Below, one piece after another: positions 51,434-64,000 of a DNA stretch of 64,000 bases. Both the position numbers and the translations under genes were made by a program. Numbering within the stretch: the first letter of the stretch is position 1; each line of letters begins with the position of its first letter. The notes beneath the pieces were generated by a model, which saw only the letters and a list, made by a program, of their open reading frames with translations, searched no databases and was not told where the DNA came from. Source of the stretch: Chiloscyllium plagiosum (taxonomy: Eukaryota); NCBI RefSeq assembly GCF_004010195.1, contig NC_057752.1, forward strand, positions 9,247,323-9,311,322, read 5' to 3'.

Positions 51434-51672
51434 GGGTGGTACAGTGGTTAGCACTGCTGGCTCGTAACACCAGGGACCCGGGTTTGATTCCACCCTCTGG
51501 CAACTGTGTGTGTGTGGAGTTTGCATGTTCTCCCAGTGTCTGTGTGGTTTTCCTCCCACAGTCCAAAGATGTGCCAGTTAGGTGGGTTGGCTGTGTTAAA
51601 TTGCCCCTAGTGTCCAGGGATGTGCTGTTTAGATGGATTAGCCATGGGAAATGCAGGGTTGCTGTAGGGATT
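51434..51672 (+). mobile_element. HE1/V-type SINE (diverged) inside a CR1 tail
   Basis: A/B boxes and V core. Confidence 0.8.
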
Positions 51673-52290
51673 CTCTGATTCTTTCTTGAATATATCAGTT
51701 TCTGGGCCTCTCCAGCCTTCTGTGATAGTGAATTTCAATACTTACTTTTGTCTGCCTGTGGTCCCATCTTACTTCCACTGCAATAACAACCTTTACATCT
51801 ACGGACCCTCCTTTCTTCAGTCTCTAATTTATCCAACACTGTCTCTTGTCCATTCTGTCTAATATTCAGTCTCTTTAATGTTTAAGCTGATTGTACATTG
51901 AAATTTCCCCTGTCTTCTCCTCTTCAACCTCCATCCTTACCCTGATTTTACAAATCTATTCCATACTTTTTACTTTATTAGATTACCTTCCACTATTTAC
52001 CTTCACTTCTTTTTTTCTAAAGTACCTTGCCCTAACATGCTGTGTAAATGCAAGTTATTCGTTTCCTTGCATTTATCTTAATAGCAAGTGTGTTTCACAG
52101 AGAAAAACTGGTATGAAGATTCGATTACAGATTCCTGTTACTCTGAGAGGAATCCAGTCTCTAACACCTTTTACAACTTAAATGAACCCTGGCATTCCAT
52201 CAAAGCTAAGGGAACTGTGGTACCCTAACCTGTTGCTTGCAAGTGTGAATTTTGTGGGCATGGAGATTTTGAAAGAGGTGTCTTTTGTGC

Positions 52291-52546
52291 CATAGCCCCT
52301 CCCTGACCTATCACCTTCATCCCCTCCCCCACTCACCCATTGTACTCTATGCTACTTTCTCCCCACCCCCACCCTCCTCTAGCTTATCTCTCCACACTTC
52401 AGGCTGACTGCCTTTATTCCTGATGAAGGGCTTTTGCCCGAAACGTCGACTTCGAAGCTCCTTGGATGCTGCCTGAACCGCTGTGCTCTTCCAGCACCAC
52501 TGATCCAGAATCTGGTTTCCAGCATCTGCAGTCATTGTTTTTACCT
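52291..52546 (+). mobile_element. Penelope-like 3' terminal fragment
   Basis: Pyrimidine-rich 3' region, hammerhead core, then tail ccagcatctgcagtcattgtttttacct (reverse complement of 13607-13640). Confidence 0.85.
52416..52451 (+). ncRNA. Minimal type I hammerhead ribozyme motif
   Basis: CTGATGA (52420-52426), stem II GGGC-tttt-GCCC, GAAA, palindromic ACGT, GTC cleavage triplet. Stem I is only 2 bp plus a mismatch. Confidence 0.65.
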
Positions 52547-53033
52547 AATTGAGACCACCAGAGCTGATATGAATAATTTGAGGTGCCTATATGTTAACAG
52601 AAATTGGATTAAATATGGCCAATGCAGCTTCATGGTATCCACCTTTACACCCCTGCTTCGTGAATTCACCAATTTTAAATTTCTCTTTGAGGCGGTCTGG
52701 AGGTACCATGAAAGATACTTGAAGTGGTGTTTGATTTGGTCCATTCCAATTTAGGTGCATTTCAGACTTCATTTGCGGTGTTGTGAAGCCATGATGCCTG
52801 TTAAGATCTCTACAGCATGGGACTCACCACTTTGGGAGAGTAATGAATATTTCATTTTATTTTAATAACAACATTCAAATACCAGTGCTAATGCTGATTC
52901 CAAGCCAACTCGCGCTAAAAGTTAGCAGAAGTGAAAAGCTGTAAGTAGTCAGTAACCAATTGAAGGGGGGAATTTAAAATTGAAAAGTGCATCCTAGTTA
53001 GTCAACTGTTTTCAAAACTTAAACCAGTTAAAA

Positions 53034-53081
53034 TCTTTGCAAGATGGCTAGGGTCAGTCTTTGCAAGATGGCTAGGGTCAG
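53034..53081. repeat. Perfect 24-bp tandem duplication
   Basis: TCTTTGCAAGATGGCTAGGGTCAG x2. Confidence 0.95.
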
Positions 53082-53256
53082 ATCTTCCTTACTTTGTGTT
53101 AACACAGGTGTAACTTTTGGGGGCAAGGGGTTAAAAAGAAAAATGCCACATTAACCAGAAGGCCAATTGTGTTCGCATTTTAAAGGTTTTTTTTCTTTGC
53201 TGAGATGTGGAGATGTTCATTAATGTTGAATCTGGCTCTGTTTGAACTTCATGCAG

Positions 53257-53408
53257 ACCATACCTCGCCTGGAACAAGCCCTGATAAAACAGAATCTAAG
53301 GTTGGTACGAAGTTGGCAGATATGCAGGAACAGACATCAGTGAAAGACAGAATGGCATTATACCAGGCAACTGCATCACAGAAGGAGACCAGCATCCAAT
53401 CTCCTACA
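53257..53408 (+). CDS. LIMA1: LIMA1 coding exon 5 (152 nt)
   Basis: atgcAG acceptor (phase 1); ...[19 protein letters not shown] matches EPLIN ETSIKDRMAKYQAAVSKQ; donor GTAATC at 53409. Confidence 0.9.
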
Positions 53409-55219
53409 GTAATCACGTTTTTGAATACATTTCCATCTGCACACAATTGATTCTAATGATTATCAGAAATGTTGTTGAGGGTAATCCTGTTCTCATGTTA
53501 AAATAGGACCTTGTAGGAAGACTTTTTTTAAATTTAACCTATTTTTCTAATCGATCTGTTCGGGGATGTTCTTACACATCTTTGGAACAGGTGGGATTTG
53601 AACCCGGGCCTCCTGGTCCAGGGGTAGGGACACTACCACTAAGACGTGCTGACGACAACCAGATTTGCACCACTTAGCAGGAATATCTTCTTTAATAGCA
53701 AGGCCTGTTAAGCACGTCAACTTAGATTTTTTTTTGCTGCCTTGCTCTCTTTTACCCTCTCCCCTATCCTTTCACCTTCAACTGTGTAAATGAACACTGT
53801 ACTTTGTGCCTGTGCAGTGAAAGGTGGGAATCCTCTTTATTCCTGTGACCTATATATGCAAACAGGAGGTCAGCAGCTTTTTAATCTGTCTATAACACAC
53901 ATGTCAATGTGTTATTAAACTGCCACTATCCATTTATCAGAGGTTAGCATAAAGTCACACAAGATTATTAATTTGAATTTACATAGATATCTTGAGTACT
54001 TAACAGAACATCAGTTGCTTTAAAGCTGCAGTTGCTATTGTCTTTTTTTGACAGCCATGTTGGCCTGCAATTTGCGCATAGCAAGGTCATGCAAATCACA
54101 TTGAGATGAATCACTGATTAATGTGTTTCTGATTCTGTTGGTTGAATTAATTTTGGCCAGGACATGAGGATAATTCCTTGCTTTAACATCGTGTCAATGA
54201 ATCTTTCGCAGTCACCCGAATAGAGTAATGTGATCTCGGTCCAAAGTTGGCACCCCAGATAATGTATCACTCCCTCTATTCTTCACAAGGATGTTTGCTA
54301 AATGTGCAGCCTGAACCCATTACCTACTGACTCAAGTGAGTGATGTACCAACTAGCCATACTGGTGCTACTGGTTAAGGTAGCACCGCTCCCATATTTGT
54401 GTGACCAACTGGAATGAAAAATTTAGTCCCTCTTTCTCCTCTTTCTCTTCTTCCCCCCTCCGCCCCTCCCCTCCCCTGGAAACCAACTGGCGCAAACCTT
54501 CTAGCTATGCTTTGACTCTGATGTCTGGCTTCTTGGACTTGAGTCCAGTGACATCAGATGCTGGATACGCATTGCATCTTTGTCTCGATATATTTGCGCA
54601 ATTCTGTCTTGCTGCAATGTTCTTGTTTCCCTAACTGTATGCCAACAATTTTATTTGAACAGTTTTTTTTTAAACCTTGCCTTCAAATTCTATAGCAATT
54701 TAACTTGCCTGGTGTCTGGAGTGCTATTGGTGAATTTGGTCCCCCTTTGTTTTCAGTACTGCATCCATTCACCTGCATTCCTTCACCAGATGACCAAATG
54801 GAAGCTCCTTTTCAAATCCACTTTGCAAACCATATTCATTGGGAATTTCTGAGCTGATTGCTTAACATTCAGTCGCTCAACTGGAGTGGCTGTTTTTAAT
54901 TTCCCTTTCTAATTGGTGTCAGGTACTTCTAATGCCCAGTTTTACTCTGTGCCATGTCATTCGTGAATGTTTTATATTTATGACATCAAGATTTGAGAGA
55001 GATTTAAAATAATTGATTACATCAGGGTGTAACTAAATGTAAACATGGCTCTGCCAGAGGAGAAGAGACTTTATTTCTTCTGGTGAAAGGACCAGCCACC
55101 CTACCTATGTGTCTCACCTTTTTTTGACCTGTTAATAACTGGAAGGCTTGCAGGGAGCTGCCAGTGTCTTTAGCTTGGTGATATGTCGATTGGATTCCAA
55201 ATACTAAAAGCTTCCATTT

Positions 55220-55710
55220 TAGGTCATAGAGGTCTACAGCACAGATAAAGGCCTGAGCCTATGCTCGTCAAAAGCAAGCCACTAATTATTCTAATCCCAT
55301 TTTTTAATATTAGAACTACAGCCCTGTATGCCTTGACAACGCAAGGGCGCATCTAAATACTATTACACTGTGAGGGTTTCAGTCTCTACTACCTCTCACA
55401 AGCAGTGAGCTCCACATTCCCACCACCCTCTGGGTGAAAGAAAATTTCCTCACATCCCATCTAAACCTCCTTCCCGTTCCCTGAAATGTATGTCCCCTGG
55501 TCATTGATCCCTCCACCAAGGGAAAAGTTTCTTCCTGTTTATGTCAATCATAATTTTATACATCTATTGTGGTCCTCCCTCAGTCTCCTCTGCTTTAAGG
55601 AAAACGACCTTTAGCCTGTCCAAACTCTCTTCATAACTAAAACACTCCAGGCCAAGCAACGTCTGAGTAAATCTCCTCTGCACCATCTCCAGTGCAATTC
55701 CATTCCTTTT
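55220..55710 (-). mobile_element. CR1 3' fragment (older)
   Basis: ALEMVQRRFTQTLLGLECFSYEESLDRL. Confidence 0.75.
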
Positions 55711-56899
55711 AATATGGTGGAAATGTTCTCTCAACTTGTCAGGTATGAAGCCTGACATTTGGATATTCTGTTCACCTGTGCCAGGTAGGCGTTCCTCTGT
55801 GATGCACACACTCACTCCATACGCTACATTCACTCACTACTGGTGTCTTGTTTATCTAGTCTTTATCCTTTTCCATCTCTATTCTCTTTCAGCAGCCTTA
55901 CATGTTTGCCAAATGCTGCTAATTTTGTAATTTACGCCACTTTCGAGTCTCATGTCGTTTCGGGATTGCTCTTTCCTGTTTTTTTTTAAAACGCATCCTG
56001 GCATGTCTTCCTGCCATTGTGCTACTTGTATTGCATTTTGGCTAAAACTAATCAGAATTTCAATTTTTAAAAGTTTCCTTGAACCAGAGGTTCATTTTTA
56101 AGTATGCCATTACTCCAGCCTTACTAATTTGAGTCATCTACAAACCAGAACATGCAACCCTTTGGTTTTCTGACCCTTTAAAAATCTTAGCATGATCCTT
56201 GGATTGCTTGTCTGTTGGTTCTAGCTACTCTGGAATGTGGTGTTATCAGCACTCCAACTAAGCTCACATCCCAAATGAATAACTAAATTCATTTAGAAAT
56301 GTGAAACCGAACAGCAACAGTTTATTCACAATGACAGCAGTAAAATACCTGTTTGTTTTTGCAATTAGTCTCTTCCTAACAATATAGTCTGTATTGTGAA
56401 TGATCCCAAAACCTATTTGAGCCCTTGCATTTGGTTCCATTTTGCCTTGGTTTCTGCACCTTTACTGTTTCGTTCTTTCTCTCCTCGTCACAAGTTTAAA
56501 TATTCCCATTAGTTTTGAGCTGGCTAGAGTGTGCATTAATGGATTAATGCTTTCTCTGACAGTCTCATTTCATGTTGAATGTTCCATAGTTGGGTGGCAT
56601 TCCCATCATAACAATTGTTTTCCTGGCTCTATTTAATGTTAATACTTGCTCCTGGAAATTAGACATGCTGGAGCCAGTGGCCATTCTGACCATTGAAGTG
56701 ACCATGCTTTTACACAGCAATTTACCATATCTTTAGGTCATTCCAAAGCACTTCAAATCATCAAATTTGTTTTGAAGTGTTTGTGCTGTGTGGATAAACA
56801 CAGCCGATTTGCGCATGGGATGATTGACTATTCAATCTGTTTTTGCTGAGGGAAAGTTTTTGACCAGGAGAACTCCCTCCTCTTAATATAGTGCAATGG

Positions 56900-57272
56900 A
56901 TTAGATTAGATTCCCTACAGTGTGGAAACACTCCCTTCGGCCCAACAAGTCCACACCAACCCTCCGAAGAGCAACCCACCCAGACCCATTCCCCTACATT
57001 TACCCTTGACTAATGCACCTAACACTACGGGCAATTAACATGGCCAATCCACCCTAACCTGCACATCTTTGGACTGTGGGAAGAAACCGGAGCAGCCGGA
57101 GGAAACCCACGCAGACACTGGGAGTGTGTGCAAACTCCACACAGACAGTTGCCCGAGGCGGGAATTGAACCCGGGTCCCAAACTCCACACACGGTTGTCT
57201 GAGGCAGGAATTGAACCTGGGTTCCTCGTGCTGTGAGGCAGCAGTGCTTACCACTGAGCTACTGTGCTGCCC
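56900..57272 (-). mobile_element. HE1/V-type SINE with internal duplication
   Basis: Reverse copy; B-box segment present twice (57132-57179 and 57180-57226). Confidence 0.88.
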
Positions 57273-57449
57273 ATTGTTCACATCCACTTGGTGGCATCTC
57301 AGGTTAATGAATTATGCAAAAAATAAATTCCCTCTTGAATTGGCATATATTTGTATTCACATTTATTTAGAAAATAATTGTGACTTTGTTCAATTCAACT
57401 ATGGTAAAACAGTAGTATTTTTCAACCACTTTTATTTTAAAATCTGTAT

Positions 57450-57810
57450 TTGTCAAACTGTTGCCTTAGTTAGTAGGTTGTGGGTTCAAGACCTCCAGAG
57501 TCTAGCATATAATCCAGACTGCCATGCTTGTGCAGCACTGGGGGAGTTCCACACTGGCCGTGCCATCTTTCAGATGAGATGTTAAATTAATTTCTTTCGG
57601 GTAGACAACAGAGTGGGTTTTTCTCCTGGCTAACGTTTATCCCTCAACCAACATCACTTAAAACCTTGTGTTGCTTTTTTATAAAAGCTTAATGTGTGCA
57701 AATTGGCTGTCACATTTCCCTATTCTATGACAATGTCTACAAAAATATTTCATTGGTTATGGAATACTTTGGGATGTCCTGAGGTTACATAAGATGCTGT
57801 ATATGTTCAA
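57450..57810 (+). mobile_element. Deu-type SINE (SacSINE1-like), old
   Basis: tgggttcaag..gagatgttaaa..tttatccctcaaccaacatcact..gtgcaaattggctg..ttcattggtt..tttgggatgtcctgagg. Confidence 0.65.
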
Positions 57811-59410
57811 TGTTATCTTAAACTTCTCTAGTTTCCATGACTTGTTTCCATAAACCACTTTTTTAGACTTGTACCAGTTGTAACAATCTGTCTTGTAACA
57901 ATTCCTCCTTTGCTCCCCCTCTCTTCCCAACCCCCTCCACCCATTTCTGTGGCTTCACCCTCATTATCTCTAATCTCCTTCAGCCCCATAACCCTCTGAA
58001 ATATCCTTGCTCTAATTCTCTGATCTTTTGTGCATTCCCAACCACCGTTGCTGTATGATTAGTAACATGCCTTCAGGTGCTTGTACCCTAAGTTCTAAAA
58101 TACCTTCCCCAAGCCTGTCGTCTTTTCTCTACCTTGCTCTTTTTAAGCGATTCCTTTTAAAACCGTATCCTTTTGAACAAAGGTTTGGTCATTGCCCTGG
58201 CTTGGTGTCAAAATTTATTTTATAATTGTCCCTGTGAAGCACTGTGGGCTGTTTTGTTATATATAAAGGTGCAATATAAATACAAATTGATGAAATCAAA
58301 GTAGGCCTACTAACTGTGTTGCCTTGAAAAATGCTTAGACTTTGGACGAGCAAATGCTGTCTGGAGAAGTGATCAATACCAAAGAGCAATGGGGAATCAA
58401 AGACTCATCAAATCCTAAGAGGTTGCCACAGGTATAAGAATTTTTTTTTCTTTCTTTTAACTTGATAATTTGTTATTTAATTGCCTACCCTTTTTTTTGT
58501 TGCAGGTAGGGTGAAGTTAGAAATTAGCTTTCTTAATACTGATCCTACTGAGTATTGTGGGGGTTCTTCTCAATTTTTTCTCTCATTTATGATAACTCCC
58601 AGTAGGTGTCCAACCCAGCACCTCTCCATATCTGCAACCAAGTGGTTATTTCTGTGATGCACCTTGATCAATTTTTATGCACGTAGTATGATCATGAAGG
58701 AGTTATCGTAACCAAGTCCATTTCATCTCTTTCCGATACCCGCTCACATTCCGATTGTGATTAGGAATGACAGGTTTTTTTTTCCCCTCCAGGAGAAGTG
58801 GGGGGTGGGGTGAAAGAACAAAAGGAAAGGCTTATGTTTGCGTTTGGTCATTTAATCCATCCTGCCTTCAAAGAAAATCTCTATTTGTTGGTTATAGCAT
58901 CTTATGTATGTAAAACATGAAAGATAACTAGGTAATTTTTTTTATGTCGCCTTAATGTCCCTTTTTCCTTTCCTACTGTTCAAATAAAAATAACATTGTT
59001 GAATCAGTGTAGCGTAGAAAAGTACCAAAGACTGAAAATGATTTTGGGGGCTATAGCCTTCATCAAACCAGTTATTTTCTGGTCTGAATTCCGTGTTGGG
59101 TTACAGCTTTGTAACTGAGTGCAGGTGACAGTTTTGTTTGCAGTTTCATCTCTTGTATGTCCCTTCACTACTTAATGTTGACAATATGTTTGATATTTGT
59201 TGGGATTTCACCGTCTGTCTAAATGTGATTTTGTATTTTTGAATCCTCGTTTTGCAGCTTTTGTTTCTATTCCAGATGCTTTTTTTGTTTAAAGCTGTTG
59301 GTAATTCAAACACCATGCAAATAATGTGGCTCCTGTTTAAACAGGGCTATTGTAGTGTTTTCTCTCTCTCCCTTTTGTCTAATATTTATTATGTTTGCTT
59401 TCGGTTATAG

Positions 59411-59524
59411 TGTGACATAAGCACTAGTGACCTTGAAATGAATGCTGGCAATAGGAACGAACAAAAAGAAAATGTGCCACCAGTACCTTTGACCAACACC
59501 TCTTCCCATGCAGAACTGCAGAAG
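59411..59524 (+). CDS. LIMA1: LIMA1 coding exon 6 (114 nt); not in the ORF track
   Basis: ttatAG acceptor; [38 protein letters not shown] contains the [13 protein letters not shown] motif; donor GTATGT at 59525. Confidence 0.9.
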
Positions 59525-59544
59525 GTATGTGAGGTAGACTTAAG

Positions 59545-60753
59545 TTAGAGTCCTAGAGATGTACAGCATGGAAACAGACTCTTTGGTCCAACCCGTCCAT
59601 GCCGACCAGATATCCCAATCCAATCTAGTCCCACCTGCCAGCACCTGGCCCATATCCCTCCAAACCCTTCCTATTCATATACCCATCCAAATGCCTCTTA
59701 AATGTTGCAATTGTACCAACCTCCATCACTTCTTCTGGCAGCTCATTCCATACCCGTACCACCCTCTGTGTGGAAAAACTTGCCCCATAGGTCTCTTTTA
59801 TTATGGTCCCGATCCCAGGGAAAAAACTTTGCCTATTTACCCTATCCATGCCCCTCATAATTTTGTAAACCTCTATAAGGTCACCCCTCGGCCTCCGTGC
59901 TCCAGAGAAAACAGCCCCAGCCTGTTCAGCCTCTCCCTCTAGCACTCATCTTCCAACCCTGGCAACATCCTTGTAAATCTTTTCTGAACCCTTTCAAGTT
60001 TCACAACATCTTTCCGATAGGAAGGAGACCAGAATTGCACGCAATATTCCAACAGTGGCCTAACCAATGTCCTGTACAGCCACAACATGACCTCCCAACT
60101 CCTGTACTCCATACTCTAACCAATAAAGGAAAGCATACCAAACACCACCTTCACTATCCTATCTACCTGCGACTCCACTTTCAAGGAGCTATGAATCTGC
60201 ACTGCAAGGTCTCTTTGTTCAGCAACACTCCCAAAGACCTTACCATTAAGTGTATAAGTCCTGCTAAGATTTGCTTTCCCAAAATGCAGCACCTCGCATT
60301 TATCTGAATTAAACTCCATCTGCCACTTCTCAGCCCATTGGCTCATCTGGTCAAGATCCTGTTCTAATCTGAGGAAACCCTCTTCACTGTCCACTACATC
60401 TCCAATTTTGGTGTCATCTGCAAACTTACTAACTGTACCTCTTATGCTCGCATCCAAATCATTTATATAAATGACAAAGTAGAGGACCCAGCACCGATCC
60501 TTGTGGCAATCCACTGGTTACGGGCCTCCAGTCTGAAAAACAACCCTCCACCACCACCCTCTGTCTTCTACCTTTTGAGCCAGTTCTGTATCCAAATGGC
60601 TGGTTCTCCCTTTATTCCGTGAGACCTAACCTTGCTAACCAGTCTCCCATGGGGAACCTTGTTGAACGTCTTACTGAAGTCCATATAGATCACATCTACC
60701 GCTCTGCCCTCATCAATCCTCTTTGTTACGTCCTCAAAAAACTCAATCAAGTT
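59545..60753 (-). mobile_element. CR1-type LINE RT and 3' end, young
   Basis: [35 protein letters not shown]; tail begins about 20 nt after the LIMA1 donor site. Confidence 0.93.
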
Positions 60754-61169
60754 GTAATGTTAATTATAAGAACAATATAAATATATATTCGGGTTCATTT
60801 TTCATTGGAGATCTGTTGACTTCCTAATTCTAGGATTCCACCAGTTTGTGATTTTATTGTTGTGTCCAGTGTGTGACTGGAGATCATTTTCCACCTATTG
60901 GTGAACAAACAAGCAACTTTGTCTTTCTAAATAAAACACCTCATTTAAATGCTAGATTTGTGATTGAGGACTTGTCACTGAGGAAGGAATTGATCACTCG
61001 ATTGATTGAATTCATTAATTTCGAAGTATTATGGTTGTGGATTATTTCCTTTTCTGGAAGGCAGAAAATGCAATGTCTATCCAATGCTGCTGTAATAACT
61101 GCCCTCACCTGGTCAGCCCAGATTCTGCAGGATCAAATAAAAGCAAAATTATGTGGGCACTGGAAACCC

Positions 61170-61817
61170 AAAATGAAAAACGAATATGCTGGAAAAACCC
61201 AATTCTGGCAGCATTTGTGCAGAGAGATACAGTTGATATTTCAAATTTGATTTATGGCTCCTCTTCAGCACAAGTTCCAAAGAAGAGTGTTTGGATTCAA
61301 ATGTTATCTTTGTCCTTTAAAAGTGACCCCAAGTTTCCAGTTGCCCACCACTTCAATACACCATGTTCTCATGCCAACATTCTGTCTCACTGAGGCTCAA
61401 CACAAGCTGGAGGAACAGCATCTCATCTTCTGCTTAAGCACCTTACAGCCTGCAGGACTCAACATTGAGTTTGACAATTTGAGCATGAACACCTACTTCC
61501 ATGTGTATTGCCTACCCATGCAATCCCAGGTCTTGTCATGAAATGGGTTCCTTTCAGCACAGCCCCAACTCATTTTCAACTACTCAGTCCTCATTACCAT
61601 CTATGTAGCTTCTCTTTTTCCCTGGCTTACTATCAACAATCCCTTTATCCGCTTACCCTTTTTTCCCTTTCTCTGGGCTCTATCTCCACCTATCCACTCA
61701 CTATTCCTTCTCTTCCACACACACATGCACATGAATGCTACCTTGTCCTAGCTGTTTTCAGTTTTTAAGAAGGGTCACTGGACCCAAAGTATTCACTGTT
61801 TTCTCTCCATAGATGTT
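61170..61817 (+). mobile_element. Old Penelope-like fragment (continues 63483-63530)
   Basis: PVAHHFN and KLEEQHLIFCLSTLQPAGLNIEF (GIY-YIG C-terminus); terminus split by a younger PLE. Confidence 0.75.
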
Positions 61818-63482
61818 AGAAGAAAGTGAGGACTGCTGATGCTGGCGAGTCAGTTGAAAAGTGTAGCGCTGGAAAAGCACAGCAGGTCAGGCAGTATCCA
61901 AGAAGTGGGAGAGTTGACATTTTGGGCATAAGCCCTTCATTAGGAATGTGGAGAGGGAAGGAGGCTGAGATAAATGGTGGGTTTGGGGCAGTGGGTCAGG
62001 TCGGTGACATGACGATAGGTGGATGCAGGTAGGAGGTGATTGGTTGGGGAGGGTGGAGTGGATAGGTGGGAAGGAAAATGGACAGGTAGGTCTGGTCGAG
62101 AGTGTGATGCCAAGTTTGGAGGGTTGAATCTGGCATTGGTGAGGGTGGGGGGGAGATTTGGCAACTGGTGAAGTCAGTATCGATGTAGTTGAAGAGTCCC
62201 AATGCGGAAGATGAGGTGTTCTTCCTCCAGTTGGTGGGTGGCTTTATTTGGCGGTGGAAAAGGCCCAGGATTTGCACATCCTTGGGGGAGTGTGAGGGAG
62301 AGTTGAAGTGGTTGGCCACAGGACAGTGGGGTTGGTTGGTGAGTGCAGACTTGAGATGTTCCCTGAACTGCTCCGCAAGTTGGCATCCTGTCTCCCCAAT
62401 GTAAAAGCGACCATATCAAGAGCAACGGGTGCAGTAAATGAGGTGGGAGGATGTACGAAAAAATCTCTCCTGAATTTGAAACGTTTCCTTGGGGCCTTGG
62501 ATGGAGGTAAGGGATGAGGTGTGGGTGCAGGTTTCACACCTCGTGCGGCAGTCGGGGAAGGTGACAGGTGTGGAGGGTGGGTTGGTGGGAGGTGTGGACC
62601 CAACTAGGGAGTTGTGGAGGGAATGGTTTCTGCAGAATGGGCAGCACGGTGGCACAGTGGTTAGCACTGCTGCCTCACAGCGCCAGAGACCCGGGTTCAA
62701 TTCCCGCCTCAGGCGACTGACTGTGTGGAGTTTGCACGTTCTCCCCGTGTCTGCGTGGGTTTCCTCCGGGTGCTCCGGTTTCCTCCCACAGTCCAAAGAT
62801 GTGCAGGTTAGGTGAATTGGCCATGCTAAATTGCCCGTAGTGTTAGGTAAGGGGTAAATGTAGGAGAATGGGGCTGGGTGGGTTACGCTTCGGCGGGTCG
62901 GTGTGGACTTGTTGGGCCGAAGGGCCTGTTTCCACACTGTAGATAATCTAAATCTAATTCAAATTCAGAATGCTGATAGGAAGGGAGAGATAAATATATT
63001 TTTGGTGATGGGGTCGGAGTGTAAATGGTGAAAATAGTGGAGGATAATGCACTGTATCTAGAGACTCTTGGGTTGAAAGGTGAGGACAAGGGGGGTACTA
63101 TCCTTGTTGTGGTTGGGGGGTATTGTTCAAGTGACATGCAAGTCCTGGGCCATCTCCACTGACAAATCAAAGCCCCCCCAACCACCACCTCATCTCTGAT
63201 CCAACCTTCCAACTTGGCACTGCCCCCTTGACCTGACCTACCTGTCCATCTTCTTTCCCACCTATCCACTCCATCCTCCTCACTAACCTGTCATAGTCAT
63301 CACCTACCTGCATCCACCTATCGCCATTCTACTTAGCTTTCCCACTCCCACTGTCCTATTTATCTCTCAACCCCTTTCCCCCTCCACATTCATGATGAAC
63401 AGCTAATGCCTGAACGTCGACTCTCCTGCTCCTCGGATGCTGCCTGACCTGCTGTTCTTTTTCCAGTGCCATGCTTTTTGAC
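61818..63482 (-). mobile_element. Penelope-like element (GIY-YIG) with inverted pseudo-LTR, interrupted by a SINE
   Basis: FQIQERFFRTSSHLIYCTRCS, ANHFNSPSHS, LEEEHLIFRIGTLQ; 63135-63470 is inverted relative to 61860-62280; flanked by AGATGTT. Confidence 0.85.
62640..62965 (+). mobile_element. HE1/V-type SINE, young, TSD CAGAATG
   Basis: TSD at 62633-62639 and 62966-62972. Confidence 0.92.
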
Positions 63483-64000
63483 AGATGTTGCCAGACCAGC
63501 CAAGTTTCTCCAGAAATTTGTTTTTGTTTGTTATCTCTGTTTCTCTGGTTATCTGGTTTACACTATACAGTGCAGCCAATTGAGGAAAAATTGAGCACCT
63601 GGAGCCAGCTGCGTCTTAGTGTCACAATATTTATTAAGCAATTACTGCCCAATGCATCTCTAATATACACATTTGAACCAAATCCAACGGAACAGCTGCG
63701 AAGTTCCTGTGCATCATTCTTGCCAAAGTAGCATTAGTTTTGCAACAGAAGCCATCCATAATTTAGTGGTTTGATCACATTATAGTTGAGATGTTAAATG
63801 GTTTCTTCTTTGGTGTGCTAATTACATGAAGTTGAAAGAAGAGCGATGCAGTCAAATCACTGACTGGAACCAGATCATCTGTGCTGCTGATTAGAAGAAT
63901 TGACGTAACTCAATTCTTGCTTTGATTCAGTGTCTGTTTGCTATTGTAGTTGACTATATTTCAAAGAATCCTGTTTAACGGAGCCATTAATAAGATCTTC

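Noticed and set aside
391..63731. Most ORF-track entries as genes
   Set aside because: They are short, overlap repeats, recur as near-identical peptides (SINE, PLE or CR1 translations) or have no recognisable motif. The DNA is intronic.

Overview
Eukaryotic, repeat-rich genomic DNA from a cartilaginous fish (shark-type SINE, CR1 and Penelope repeats). The window holds the 5' part of LIMA1 (EPLIN) on the + strand. Six coding exons (1593-1711, 4638-4683, 11787-12269, 33165-33288, 53257-53408, 59411-59524) splice in phase into 346 codons. The LIM domain and 3' end lie beyond the window and the non-coding first exon lies upstream. A perfect CArG box in front of the third coding exon marks the likely internal EPLIN-alpha promoter. 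The introns are filled with CR1-type LINE fragments, HE1/V-type and Deu-type tRNA SINEs, solo LTRs, a Tc1/mariner MITE, a tRNA-Leu pseudogene and many Penelope-like (PLE) remnants. The most notable non-gene signals are (i) short PLE-derived fold-back insertions with target-site duplications that carry minimal hammerhead ribozyme cores, some intact, and (ii) local templated rearrangements, including a perfect 124-bp inverted copy of LTR sequence pasted into a neighbouring LINE. Almost all other listed ORFs are repeat-derived or spurious. Family names come from recognition, not database searches.
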